Shown: positions 18,050 to 27,812 of the stretch, one piece after another
Layout of the letters: each line of letters opens with the position of its first letter
Position numbering within the stretch: position 1 is the stretch's first letter
From: Bifidobacterium sp.
GTDB taxonomy: Bacteria > Actinomycetota > Actinomycetes > Actinomycetales > Bifidobacteriaceae
Direction: 5' to 3'
Length of the DNA: 64,000 nucleotides
Assembly: GCA_022739095.1 (NCBI GenBank)
Contig: JAIJEI010000001.1
Span: 102 to 64,101 of the forward strand
Program-made: the position numbers and the translations under genes
The notes under the pieces: model-generated
What the model saw: only the letters and a program-made list of their open reading frames with translations
What the model was told of the DNA's origin: nothing
Databases searched by the model: none

Positions 18050-19099
18050 ATGGCATACGTCAGTCTTCGAAATTTGTCTAAATCATATGGCGATAATAGG
18101 GTACTGGACAGCCTTGATCTTGACCTTGAAAAAGGGCATTTCCTCACCCTTCTGGGATCTAGTGGATGCGGCAAATCCACTACGCTGCGCCTGATTTGCG
18201 GGCTATTGAAACCTGATTCCGGCACGATCGAACTCGCTGGGCGTGATATAACCCGGATGCCTGCAAACAAACGCAACACAATCTTAGTATTCCAAAGCTA
18301 TGCGTTGTTCCCTCATATGACGGTCGCGCAGAATGTTGCCTATGGCTTGAAGCGGCATCATGTCAATGAGAGCGAGATTCAACAGCGCATCAGCGAAATA
18401 CTGTCGATTACACAGTTGAAAGGACTGGGTGACAGATACCCGGGAGAGTTGTCTGGCGGACAGCAGCAGCGCGTGGCGCTTGTTCGTTCCTTGGTGCTCC
18501 AGCCCGATTTGTTGCTATTGGATGAGCCGTTGAGCAATCTGGACGCCAAATTGCGCAATGAGATGCGAATTGAAATCAGACAATTACACGAGAGGTTGGG
18601 CCTTACCACCATCTTCGTTACGCACGACCAGCAAGAGGCCTTTTCGGTTTCCGATGACATCGTGTTGCTGAACAAGGGCCGTGTCGAGCAGCAGGGGACG
18701 CCCGAGGAGTTGTTCAACCATCCACGTAATGCATTTGCCGCTGACTTCCTCGGCGTGAAGAACCTGTTTCGAAGGAAGTATACGAACGGAACCTTCGCAA
18801 CTGAGGAAGGCGTTGTGTTCCCACTTCATCTTGCAACAGGGAAAGATCCTGCGTACGTAGGGATACGTCCATCCTCGATTATGATCAATCCTGTTGAAGG
18901 CCAAGTGGATTATCGCTTTAAGGCGACGCTGACGATAGCTACTTATCAGGGCGAACAGGCGGAATGCCGATTCGATGCTCACGGTAAGGAGCTTATAGCA
19001 GCCGTCCCATCCACAACATTCGCCTCTGATGACATACGAAGAGGAGACGAGATTGAAATTGGCTGGAAAGACAGTCAGCTAATTCCACTGGAGCGGTAA
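18050..19099 (+). CDS. PotA/FbpC-type ABC ATP-binding protein (no permeases adjacent)
   Basis: GSSGCGKST, VFQSYALFPHMTV, LSGGQQQR, LLDEPLSNLDAKLR, C-terminal TOBE-like region. Confidence 0.88.
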   Translation: MAYVSLRNLSKSYGDNRVLDSLDLDLEKGHFLTLLGSSGCGKSTTLRLICGLLKPDSGTIELAGRDITRMPANKRNTILVFQSYALFPHMTVAQNVAYGLKRHHVNESEIQQRISEILSITQLKGLGDRYPGELSGGQQQRVALVRSLVLQPDLLLLDEPLSNLDAKLRNEMRIEIRQLHERLGLTTIFVTHDQQEAFSVSDDIVLLNKGRVEQQGTPEELFNHPRNAFAADFLGVKNLFRRKYTNGTFATEEGVVFPLHLATGKDPAYVGIRPSSIMINPVEGQVDYRFKATLTIATYQGEQAECRFDAHGKELIAAVPSTTFASDDIRRGDEIEIGWKDSQLIPLER

Positions 19100-19155
19100 C
19101 ACCGTGATGAAATGATTGGGCGCAGGATTGTCTACATGACGGGCTTGCACCAAAG

Positions 19156-19219
19156 ATGCAATAGGCCGGGTTGGCCATCATCGCCATGATGAGATGATGG
19201 CCAACCCGGCCTATTGCAT
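19156..19219. repeat. Perfect 27-bp inverted repeat (terminator-like hairpin)
   Basis: ATGCAATAGGCCGGGTTGGCCATCATC / GATGATGGCCAACCCGGCCTATTGCAT with a 10-nt loop. Confidence 0.9.
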
Positions 19220-19693
19220 TTCGTTATATTCAGCACGATCCGTGCATCACATGTGGCAGGCGCGTTGGCACCGTGGTGCGGGTGCGTCTGCGTGGATGTA
19301 TCACGATGGGCTGGGACATGCTGCCCCATCCGAGAGGCACGAAGACGATTGAATCCGCGGTTACGTGGTCCGTGGGTGACTTGGATTCCGGGCTGTTCGT
19401 AGGCAGTCCGTCCAGGCCAAGGAATGTGGATATCTTTCCCCATATCGACATCGTGCTCGCCCCCGTCGGCTATCGCCGGCCTCTGTGCACCGGTCGGTTC
19501 GCGCCGAACTTCGGCGTTAGCATCATCATAGGGGAGCGCGCGCAACGATGCCGCGGCGTGGCTAGTCGTTTTGCGGATGACGGCCCATACACGCAATTTA
19601 TGACGTGACATGGTGAGGCATCTTAGTGAGATGTCTCAGCGAGCCGGATGACATGGTGCCGACCTTGGCGGAGCCAAGCACGGCAACGGATTG

Positions 19694-19757
19694 ATAGAAG
19701 CGGATAACCAACGTCTATAGGTCGGGGAGCGTTTCCGGTCGTTTGGAATAGTATATT
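19694..19757 (+). promoter_or_regulatory. ATA-N7-ATA-N9-TATA box plus -10 TATATT (19752)
   Basis: ATA GAAGCGG ATA ACCAACGTC TATAG; 36-bp spacing conserved. Confidence 0.72.
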
Positions 19758-19912
19758 GTGAAACCGGCTGCCGGATAATACGTCGGCGTGCGCCGCATGT
19801 GTCATGGTTGGGACTTGACGGGCGGCACACAGGGAAAGAGCACATCACATATGCGTCGGCATCATATTCGTCGCGGCCATGTGAGTGCACATACATGAAC
19901 ATGGGGGAGACC

Positions 19913-20608
19913 GTGCTGCAACTATCCGACCTTGGGTACAGAGTCAAGGGCCGCACCATCCTGGACGGCGTGGACCTTACGGTGAACGCCGGCGAGACAG
20001 CTGTGATCCTTGGGCCTTCGGGCGTGGGCAAATCCACATTGCTGAAGAACATCACGTTCCTTAAGCGGCCTGATCGGGGCACGGTTTCGCTCGACGGCCA
20101 CAGCGTGACGGCACCGAACGTCAGTTCGGCCGACGTATTGCGACTGCGCAAGGCAATAGCCACGGTATTCCAGACCTATCCGCTGTTCAATCATCGGACG
20201 GTGCTGGAGAACATCGTCGAACCATTGCGCCTCGTACACGGCAATGACCGGCATCAGGCGGAACAGATCGCTCAGAGCAATCTTGAACTGTTCCGCCTGG
20301 GGGACAAAGGCGACGCTATGCCGCGAGAATTGTCCGGTGGCGAGAAACAGCGCGTGAGCATTGCCCGCGCGCTCGCGGCAAAACCCAAGGTCGTGCTGTT
20401 CGACGAGCCGACGTCCGCACTTGACCACGAACTGGTCGGTGAGGTCTGCCAGATGGTCCGCACCTTGGCGGACAAGGGCATCGCCAATGTGGTGGTGACG
20501 CACGATATCGACTTCGCGCGTCGCCTTGATGCCGCGGTATATGAACTCGATCAGGGTGTGCTGCACCGGTTGAGCGGCGTCGACGAATTCGTCGAGTCGC
20601 ACAGCTGA
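19913..20608 (+). CDS. Polar amino-acid ABC ATP-binding protein
   Basis: GPSGVGKST, LSGGEKQR, FDEPTSALD; GTG start after GGGGGAGA. Confidence 0.88.
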   Translation: MLQLSDLGYRVKGRTILDGVDLTVNAGETAVILGPSGVGKSTLLKNITFLKRPDRGTVSLDGHSVTAPNVSSADVLRLRKAIATVFQTYPLFNHRTVLENIVEPLRLVHGNDRHQAEQIAQSNLELFRLGDKGDAMPRELSGGEKQRVSIARALAAKPKVVLFDEPTSALDHELVGEVCQMVRTLADKGIANVVVTHDIDFARRLDAAVYELDQGVLHRLSGVDEFVESHS

Positions 20609-20679
20609 ACATCAAATATACCGCACTCGCGTATATACCGCACATACTCACCAACGTTTTAAGAGAAGGGACTCCTATC

Positions 20680-21540
20680 ATGACCATCACCACACGTACA
20701 CGCCGCTCGGCACGCAATTGGAAGCGCTCCATCGTCGCCTTGACCTGCTCGATCGCAGCGCTTGTCTCACTCGCCGCCTGCGGTGGCCAAGGTGCATCCG
20801 CCGGTGCGGACTCCGGGGCCAAGACCATCAACATCGCTGTGGCGGCGAACTCCAAGCCGCTGAGCTACACCGACGACAGCGGCCAGCTCGCCGGCTATGA
20901 GGTCGATGTGCTCAAGGCCATCGACAAGGATCTTAATGACTACACCTTCAAGTACGAGGCAGTGGCCGATGACGCGGAAACTGTGGGTATTGACTCTGGC
21001 AAGTACGCACTGATCACCGGTGGCTACTTCAAAACCGATGAGCGAGTCAAGAAGTACCTCATTCCGGACGACACCACCGGCATCTCGCTGATGAAGGTGT
21101 ACACGCTGCCTTCGCGCACCGACATCAAGTCGCTTGACGATCTGCATGGCAAGAAGGTCGCGCCGATCTCACCCGACGGCGGTGTGAACAAGCTCGTCAC
21201 AAAGTACAACGCCGAGCACCCGGACAAGGCAATCGACGTGACCCATCAGGACAACATCACGATGGCCGCGAACTTCCAGGGACTGGTCGACAAGAAATAC
21301 GATGCGGTGATCGAGCCGGAGCAGAGCTTCGACGTGAACGCGATCCGTAAGAGCCTGGGTGTGAAGTTCCGCGCCACCGAACCGGTGGAAGTGGATCGTC
21401 AGTACTTCCTCGTCTCCAAGAAGCAGCCCGAATTCTTCAAGGAACTCAACACGGCCATCACCAAGCTCAAGGATGACGGCACCTTGAAGCAGCTGGCCGT
21501 CAAGGACTACGGCGAGGACGTCTTCAAGTACGACAAGTGA
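20680..21540 (+). CDS. Amino-acid ABC substrate-binding lipoprotein (TcyJ/K-like)
   Basis: Lipobox LAAC; GYEVDVLKAI; LKDDGTLKQL. Confidence 0.87.
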   Translation: MTITTRTRRSARNWKRSIVALTCSIAALVSLAACGGQGASAGADSGAKTINIAVAANSKPLSYTDDSGQLAGYEVDVLKAIDKDLNDYTFKYEAVADDAETVGIDSGKYALITGGYFKTDERVKKYLIPDDTTGISLMKVYTLPSRTDIKSLDDLHGKKVAPISPDGGVNKLVTKYNAEHPDKAIDVTHQDNITMAANFQGLVDKKYDAVIEPEQSFDVNAIRKSLGVKFRATEPVEVDRQYFLVSKKQPEFFKELNTAITKLKDDGTLKQLAVKDYGEDVFKYDK

Positions 21541-21625
21541 TGGGTCTGCCGCACGGGGAACGTGTGCCGCGTAACGCACATAGCGTGCAAAAAACACCGA
21601 AAATACAAGGAAATGTGAAAGGAGA

Positions 21626-22354
21626 ATGGCCGTGGATTTCGCATACGTGATATCCTTGATTTCGGCATTCGTGGCGAAACTGCCGTACACGCTGCTCATC
21701 GTCGTGGGATGCTACGCCGTGGCGTTCGTCCTGGCCTACCTGATTCTGCGTGTCAGGGTCGATCGGTTGCCGGTGCTGTCCACACTGCTGGACATCTACG
21801 TCTCCTTCGTGCGTTGCGAGCCGATCGTATTGTTGCTGTTCCTTATCTACTTCGGCCTGCCACAGCTGCTGTTCGGTTTCGGCATCGATATCAGTTCGGC
21901 CAGCAAAACCGCATTCGCCTGCGTCACCTTGGTGTTCTTCAACGCCGGATGGCTGAGTGAGATTTTGCGCGGTGCCTACCTGAGCGTGACGCCCGACCAG
22001 TTCGAACTCGCCGACTCACTCGGTTATTCCAAGGGTCAGCTGTGGCGACGCACGTTGCTGCCGCAGATTATCGGCATCGCCATCCCCGATCTTGGCAACG
22101 CCGCAGTCGATCTGCTCAAGGACACTTCGCTGCTGTACACGATTGGCATGATCGACATGATGGGTCTCGCCTCGATCAAGGTGGCGAACAACTACGGCGT
22201 ACATCAGTCAGAGGTGTATCTGGCGGTCGCCTTGGTCTATTGGGCCGCCGCGTTGGTTATTGAAGCAGTGATTTATCTGGCCAAACGGTCCAACCGATAC
22301 TACCGGGTCATTGATGCGCTTTCGCGCGACCGGACCGGCATCGCACGTGTGTGA
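21626..22354 (+). CDS. Amino-acid ABC permease (TcyL-like)
   Basis: YVSFVRCEP, SEILRGA, LLKDTSL. Confidence 0.87.
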   Translation: MAVDFAYVISLISAFVAKLPYTLLIVVGCYAVAFVLAYLILRVRVDRLPVLSTLLDIYVSFVRCEPIVLLLFLIYFGLPQLLFGFGIDISSASKTAFACVTLVFFNAGWLSEILRGAYLSVTPDQFELADSLGYSKGQLWRRTLLPQIIGIAIPDLGNAAVDLLKDTSLLYTIGMIDMMGLASIKVANNYGVHQSEVYLAVALVYWAAALVIEAVIYLAKRSNRYYRVIDALSRDRTGIARV

Positions 22355-22411
22355 GCGCAGACGGTCGGGAATGGGCGAACGAGATAGACGACTGAGTCAA
22401 GACAGGAACGA

Positions 22412-23113
22412 TTGACAATGCAATTCTTTGGATACTTTCTCCAAATACTGGGTGTGGTGCCAGCCGTGCTACTGCGGGCTGTGGCGATTCTCGCAATTGG
22501 ACTGGTACTGGGCACGCCGATCGCACTTGCCCTGCGTGCACATGTGCCCGTGCTTGCCCAGCTGCTGCGCTTGTACACCTCGTTCTTCCGCGGCACCCCC
22601 ATACTGGTGCAGCTGCTGTTCTGGTACTATCTGCTGCCGCAGTGGTCGTCCTCTCTGCTCAATACGGTCGGCTTCCATGTGAGCAAGAATTCCGTCAGCG
22701 CCGATGTGGTGCTCATCTTCACGTTTGCGTTGGTCTATGCCGCATACCTGCAGGAGACCGTGCAGGCATCGCTGGCCTCGATCGATCCCAACCAATTGGA
22801 ACTGGCTGATTCGCTCGGCTACACACGCTGGCAGAAGGCAATACACATCATCATCCCGCAAGCGGTCGTGTATGCGTTGCCGAACCTGTTCAACCAGTTC
22901 CTGAACATTCTCAAGGCGCTGTCGATGGGCTTTACCATTGCCGTGATCGACCTGTTCGCCAAAGCGAAACTCATCGCGGGCCTGAACGGCGACTATATGG
23001 CGTCGTACAGTGCCACTGCACTGGTCTACTGGCTGGTGTGCGGTGTGCTGTTCCTGCTCATGAACTGGTACTTGAAGCGACGTGACGCCTCGCTGGTCGA
23101 AGCGCGATTGTAG
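22412..23113 (+). CDS. Amino-acid ABC permease (TcyM-like)
   Basis: YTSFFRGTPILVQL, IIIPQA. Confidence 0.87.
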   Translation: MTMQFFGYFLQILGVVPAVLLRAVAILAIGLVLGTPIALALRAHVPVLAQLLRLYTSFFRGTPILVQLLFWYYLLPQWSSSLLNTVGFHVSKNSVSADVVLIFTFALVYAAYLQETVQASLASIDPNQLELADSLGYTRWQKAIHIIIPQAVVYALPNLFNQFLNILKALSMGFTIAVIDLFAKAKLIAGLNGDYMASYSATALVYWLVCGVLFLLMNWYLKRRDASLVEARL

Positions 23114-23237
23114 CCAACGACCGTTTGGTGAAACAGCCAGCACGCCATTCATTCCAATGATTTTTCCTTCCCGTCGTCTGCCGCACGACGGGGTAAGGCA
23201 CCATACCGCGGCCATCATCACCATGAAAGGGAATACC

Positions 23238-24269
23238 ATGAGTCGAGACCGTAGGCAGGAGTTCCACGACCTTGCAGCCGGAAAGGGCACGGTGCCGTAT
23301 CTGACCAGCGCTTGGCAGCACTTCATCGGCAACGAATACGATGTCGAGCGCCAGGCTTGGGCGCACATCAACTTTGTGCGCAAGTGGGACTGGGATTGGG
23401 TCAAGATCAACCCGCGCAGCGCCTACTACACGGAAAGCTGGGGCGCGCGTTTCGATCCGAACGACTATGGTACCGGACGTTCCCCGCGCCTGCTCGACGT
23501 GCCGGTGCATGAGACGGGTGATCTGGCGAAGATCACGCCGCTCGATCCCACATCGGCGAAACCGTTTGCGGACCAGCTTGCCTCCGCGCGCATCATCCGC
23601 CGGGAACTCCCCGATAGGGCGATTCTCGAAACCGTGTTCTCCCCGCTCACCGTGCTGCTCGGCCTTGCCGGACTGCCTCGCATCAATGGCAAGGCGCTCT
23701 ACGGCATAGCCCCCACACTCACCAAGGACGAACTGCTGTTTACCGACGAACGTGCGACAGCCAAGGCACTTGATGCCATTACCGAGACTTTGGTGGACTA
23801 CGTGCGAACGGCTCTTGCGCCCGTGGAGCAGAGCGGTGCCGGCCTCGATGGCGTCTTCTACGCTGAAACCGGCATGGCGAGCCGTGGGTACTTCACCCAT
23901 GAACAGTTCCTCAAACTCGCACGCCCCTATGATGAACGTATTCTGGAGGCGGTCGGCGACGGCGTGAAACTGCTGCATACCTGCCGTGACCACGCCAATC
24001 CTGACTGGTTCGCCGATTATGACATCGATTTCCTGCAATGGGATCAGTACGTCCCCGGCAATCCGCCGATCAGCGACGACTTCAATGCTGTGGCGGTGGG
24101 CGGCCCTGACGCCGTGCTCATCGGCGAAGGCACGGATGCGGACGAACTCCGCCATCAGGTGAAGGCGACGCTCGATGAGCGTCGGGGCAGGCCGTTCCTG
24201 CTCGCCCCGAGCTGCACGATTCCGCCTCGCCCGGATGACGAGCATCTGCGTATCCTTCGCGAGGCATGA
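23238..24269 (+). CDS. Uroporphyrinogen decarboxylase/MtaA-CmuA-like protein (paralog 2)
   Basis: Shares AWQH, WDWDWVKINPR, GAGLDGVFY, LLHTC, LQWDQY, PFLLAPSCT with 6057-7100; RBS AAAGGGA. Confidence 0.8.
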   Translation: MSRDRRQEFHDLAAGKGTVPYLTSAWQHFIGNEYDVERQAWAHINFVRKWDWDWVKINPRSAYYTESWGARFDPNDYGTGRSPRLLDVPVHETGDLAKITPLDPTSAKPFADQLASARIIRRELPDRAILETVFSPLTVLLGLAGLPRINGKALYGIAPTLTKDELLFTDERATAKALDAITETLVDYVRTALAPVEQSGAGLDGVFYAETGMASRGYFTHEQFLKLARPYDERILEAVGDGVKLLHTCRDHANPDWFADYDIDFLQWDQYVPGNPPISDDFNAVAVGGPDAVLIGEGTDADELRHQVKATLDERRGRPFLLAPSCTIPPRPDDEHLRILREA

Positions 24270-24296
24270 CCCTGGGCCTATCTGCACTGGCAATAC

Positions 24297-24339
24297 GGGG
24301 GTGTCGCGCGTGGCAAAGATTGCCACGCGCGACACCCCC
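24297..24339. terminator. Strong hairpin after the operon
   Basis: GGGGGTGTCGCGCGTGGCAA / TTGCCACGCGCGACACCCCC. Confidence 0.7.
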
Positions 24340-24414
24340 AAGGGAAAACCATGGTGGCGTGTGCCGGACATCGTTCTTTGGGCCGGCGTTCTTTTCACCG
24401 GACCGGTATGCCAC

Positions 24415-24690
24415 TTACTGGAAGTGCAGCTGCTTGCCGCTTTCCTCCGCATCGACGTTACCGGTGGCAAGGTCCATGAGTTGCTGGAACAGCGGGAACA
24501 TGAGCAAAGTGGAAAGAATGCCCCAGATATTGGTGAACGCGGCGGGCAACGGCATGAACAGCAGGATGAGCTGTGCCGTGAACATGATCAGGCCGATGAT
24601 CGGAACCACCAGATGCAGCACGGTGCCGAAGTGCTTGGGTATACGAAATTCCGAGCCGTTTTTCCAATTGTTTCCAGCATTTGTCGGGTA
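24415..24690 (-). pseudogene. Possible membrane-transporter fragment
   Basis: Hydrophobic stretch LHLVVPIIGLIMFTAQLILLFMPLP with coding-like codon use; no credible start. Confidence 0.3.
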
Positions 24691-24777
24691 TCGACCGATG
24701 AATGCGGGGGCCGATGTCCTTGTCTTGCCACCGCTCATCGAACGCCATATGGCGCACCTCATACGCATGCCGCGCAT

Positions 24778-24841
24778 ATAGCGTTCTATAGGTAACTCGT
24801 ATAGCCACGCCGGTCCGCCGTCGACGACTTCGCACTAGGGT
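24778..24841 (+). promoter_or_regulatory. ATA-N7-ATA-N9-TATA box plus -10 TAGGGT (24836)
   Basis: ATA GCGTTCT ATA GGTAACTCG TATAGCCACGCCGG. Confidence 0.75.
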
Positions 24842-24906
24842 GGGCGAATGACGATGCGATCGGCGAGACCACAACGCGGACCGCAGACAGGAGGAGGAAG
24901 GCCCGG

Positions 24907-25665
24907 ATGATCCAGATCAGATCGGTGAGCAAGAGCTTCAACGGCACCAGGGTGCTGGACGGGCTCGACCTCGACATCCCGCGTCAGAATGTGGTCACGG
25001 TGATCGGGCCGTCCGGCTCCGGCAAGTCCACGCTGCTGCGTATTCTGGACTTCCTTGAGCAGGCCGATTCCGGCACCGTCGACTTCGGCGACGGTCCGGT
25101 GGACCTGACCACCACCAACACCGCCGACATCCGCAAGGTGCGTTCGAAGATCGGGTTCGTGTTCCAGAACTACAACCTGTTCCTCAACAAAAATGCCCTG
25201 CAGAACGTGGCCGAGGGGCTGATCTACTCGCGCGGCGTCAAGCCGGAACAGGCGCGCAAGATTGCCCTCGAACAGCTTGACCGGGTCGGTCTGGCGGACT
25301 TTGCCGACCGGTACCCGAGCACGCTATCCGGTGGCCAGCAGCAGCGCGTGGGTATCGCCCGCGCCGTGGCGCTCAACCCGGAACTGCTGGTGCTCGACGA
25401 GCCGACCTCCGCCCTGGACCCGGAAATGGTCACCGGTGTGCTTGAGGTCATCAAGCAGCTGGGCCGGGACGGCATGACCATGCTTATGGTCACCCACGAG
25501 ATGCGCTTCGCCTACGAGGCGTCGAGCAGCGTGGTGTTCATCGAAGGCGGGCACGTGGTCGAGCAGGGAGATCCCAAGCAGATCTTCGAGCACCCTACGC
25601 AGCAGCGAACTGCGGAGTTCCTGTCGTCCACCAACAACGTGCTGATGATTCCGGCGGCCGCCTGA
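24907..25665 (+). CDS. Cystine-type ABC ATP-binding protein (TcyC-like)
   Basis: GPSGSGKST, FQNYNLF, LSGGQQQRVGIARA, DEPTSALDPE. Confidence 0.92.
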   Translation: MIQIRSVSKSFNGTRVLDGLDLDIPRQNVVTVIGPSGSGKSTLLRILDFLEQADSGTVDFGDGPVDLTTTNTADIRKVRSKIGFVFQNYNLFLNKNALQNVAEGLIYSRGVKPEQARKIALEQLDRVGLADFADRYPSTLSGGQQQRVGIARAVALNPELLVLDEPTSALDPEMVTGVLEVIKQLGRDGMTMLMVTHEMRFAYEASSSVVFIEGGHVVEQGDPKQIFEHPTQQRTAEFLSSTNNVLMIPAAA

Positions 25666-25783
25666 CGATCCGATGAGGCGGCAGGCGTGCCCAGCGGCAT
25701 CGCCGTCGCCATCGGCATTGCATCCAAGATTTTCCCTAATAGATCAACCAATGAGAGACCAACCAAGAGAGGGGTTTGTCATC

Positions 25784-26629
25784 ATGTCCAATACCCATGG
25801 AGTGTTCCGCAAGGCCGTGGCCCTGCTGTCCGGCGTAGCCGTGCTGTTTTCGCTGGCCGCGTGCGGCTCGTCGTCCGCCGGCGATTCCGGCTCGTCCGCC
25901 TCCGGCAAGACCTCGACCAGCGCGCTGGAGCAGGTCAAGTCCGCTGGCAAGATCGTGTTCGCCACCGAAGGCACCTACGCGCCGTTCAGCTACCACGATT
26001 CCAAGACCAACGAACTGACCGGCTACGACGTGGAGGTGGCCACCGCCATCGCCAAGGAGATCGGCGTCAAGGCCGAGTTCGCCGAGGGCAGCTTCGACTC
26101 GCTGCTCGCCGGCGTGGACGCCAAGAAGTACGACACGGTCGCCGACCAGATCAGCGCCACCGACGAGCGCAAGGCCAAGTACGACTTCACCGAGCCGTAC
26201 ACCTACTCGTACGGCGTGGTCGTGACCACCAAGGACAACCCGAAGGGCGTCAAGTCCTTCGAGGAAGTCAAAGGCCTGAAGGCCGCCGAAACCGGCACCA
26301 GCAACTGGAACAAGACCGCCCAGGAGAAGGGCGCCGAAATCGTGCAGGTCAACGACTTCGGCCAGGCCGTCGAGGCCCTGCAGTCCGGCCGTGCCGACGT
26401 GACCCTCAACGACGGTCTCGCCGTGCTCGACTACCTCAAGCAGAAGCCGGACGCGAACATCAAGATCGCCGCCAAGTCCGAGAAGACGCCGGCCGCCCAG
26501 CTGCCGTTTCGCAAGGGCGGCGACGACCTAGTCAAGGTCGTGAACGACGCCATCGCGAAGCTGCAGAAGGACGGCACCCTGACCAAGATTTCCGAGAAGT
26601 ACTTCGGCGAGGACTTCTCACAGGAGTGA
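25784..26629 (+). CDS. Cystine-binding lipoprotein (TcyA/FliY-like)
   Basis: Lipobox LAAC; ATEGTYAPFSYHD, GYDVEV, ERKAKYDF. Confidence 0.9.
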   Translation: MSNTHGVFRKAVALLSGVAVLFSLAACGSSSAGDSGSSASGKTSTSALEQVKSAGKIVFATEGTYAPFSYHDSKTNELTGYDVEVATAIAKEIGVKAEFAEGSFDSLLAGVDAKKYDTVADQISATDERKAKYDFTEPYTYSYGVVVTTKDNPKGVKSFEEVKGLKAAETGTSNWNKTAQEKGAEIVQVNDFGQAVEALQSGRADVTLNDGLAVLDYLKQKPDANIKIAAKSEKTPAAQLPFRKGGDDLVKVVNDAIAKLQKDGTLTKISEKYFGEDFSQE

Positions 26630-26692
26630 CGGCCGCCGTATCAGGTACCGTAACAACGCAATAACCGCATCACACAGGCAAAGGACAAGGCA

Positions 26693-27355
26693 ATGGACGC
26701 ACGGGTATGGTCGATAGTGGTGGATTCCTTCGGCAAGCTCCTTATTCCGGGACTTACCGTGACCATCCCGCTCACCCTGATCTCATTCGCCCTCGGCCTG
26801 CTGCTGGCGATCATCGTCGCGCTGATCCGCGTGGCCAAAGTGCCGGTCGCGGCGCAGATCGCCTGGGTGTACGTGTGGGTGTTCCGAGGCACACCTCTGC
26901 TGGTGCAGCTATTCGTGATCTTCTTCGGCCTGCCCTCCATCGGCATCACGATTCCCGCGCTGCCGTCCGCCGTGATCGCGTTCTCGCTCAACGTGGGTGC
27001 GTACGCTTCGGAAACGTTGCGCGGCGCGATTTTGGCCGTGCCGAAAGGCCAGCTTGAGGCCGGATACGCGGTCAACATGCCGTACGTGACGATCATGCGG
27101 CGCATTGTGCTGCCGCAGGCGTTCCGTTCGGCCTTCCCCGCACTGTTCAACACGTTCATCGGACTGGTCAAGGACACGTCGCTGGCCGCCAACATCACCG
27201 TGGTGGAGATGTTCATGGCCGCCCAGCGCGTGGTGGCCGTCTACTACGAGCCGCTGGTACTGTATATCGAGGTGGGCCTGATCTACCTGCTATTCAGCAC
27301 GGTGCTCACCTGGCTGCAGCAGTACTGCGAGAAGAAACTCAACGCGCACTTCTGA
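26693..27355 (+). CDS. Cystine-type ABC permease (TcyB-like)
   Basis: FRGTPLLVQLF, LNVGAYASETLRGA, LVKDTSLA. Confidence 0.9.
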   Translation: MDARVWSIVVDSFGKLLIPGLTVTIPLTLISFALGLLLAIIVALIRVAKVPVAAQIAWVYVWVFRGTPLLVQLFVIFFGLPSIGITIPALPSAVIAFSLNVGAYASETLRGAILAVPKGQLEAGYAVNMPYVTIMRRIVLPQAFRSAFPALFNTFIGLVKDTSLAANITVVEMFMAAQRVVAVYYEPLVLYIEVGLIYLLFSTVLTWLQQYCEKKLNAHF

Positions 27356-27429
27356 TGGGTTTCATCACTCACGACAAAGTTCGTGACGACGATGAACCAT
27401 AACGAGCAATTACGATCAAAGGAGCAAAC

Positions 27430-27678
27430 ATGGCCATTGACGTGTACGGAGCCAGCTGGTGTGGCGATTGCCACCGTGCCAAGGCCGCGCTGAACGATCT
27501 CGGCGCCGCATTCAACTGGCACGACATCGAAACCGAGGAAGGCGCGGCGGACCGCGCGGTCGCCATCAGCGGCCAGAAGCACATCCCCGTCGTCCTTTAC
27601 TCGGACGGCGCCTTCCAGGTCGAACCCTCCGCGCTCGACATCAAGAACAAGCTTGAGGCTCTGGGCGAGCTGAAGTAG
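27430..27678 (+). CDS. Glutaredoxin/mycoredoxin-like protein (paralog 2)
   Basis: YGASWCGDC; aligns end to end with 3459-3710; RBS AAAGGAG. Confidence 0.88.
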   Translation: MAIDVYGASWCGDCHRAKAALNDLGAAFNWHDIETEEGAADRAVAISGQKHIPVVLYSDGAFQVEPSALDIKNKLEALGELK

Positions 27679-27812
27679 TTTCGCCTCAGCCCTCTTTCTG
27701 AGGTTTCCGCCATTCATATCTAAGGGTCGGTGACATAAGCTACTGGCTCTTTTCGTATATGTTCCGAACGAATACAGATTACAGAAGCAAAACGGCCATG
27801 CCTACCATTCAG

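Noticed and set aside
19230..19611. Small ORFs in the intergenic gap
   Set aside because: No recognisable motifs or convincing RBS on either strand
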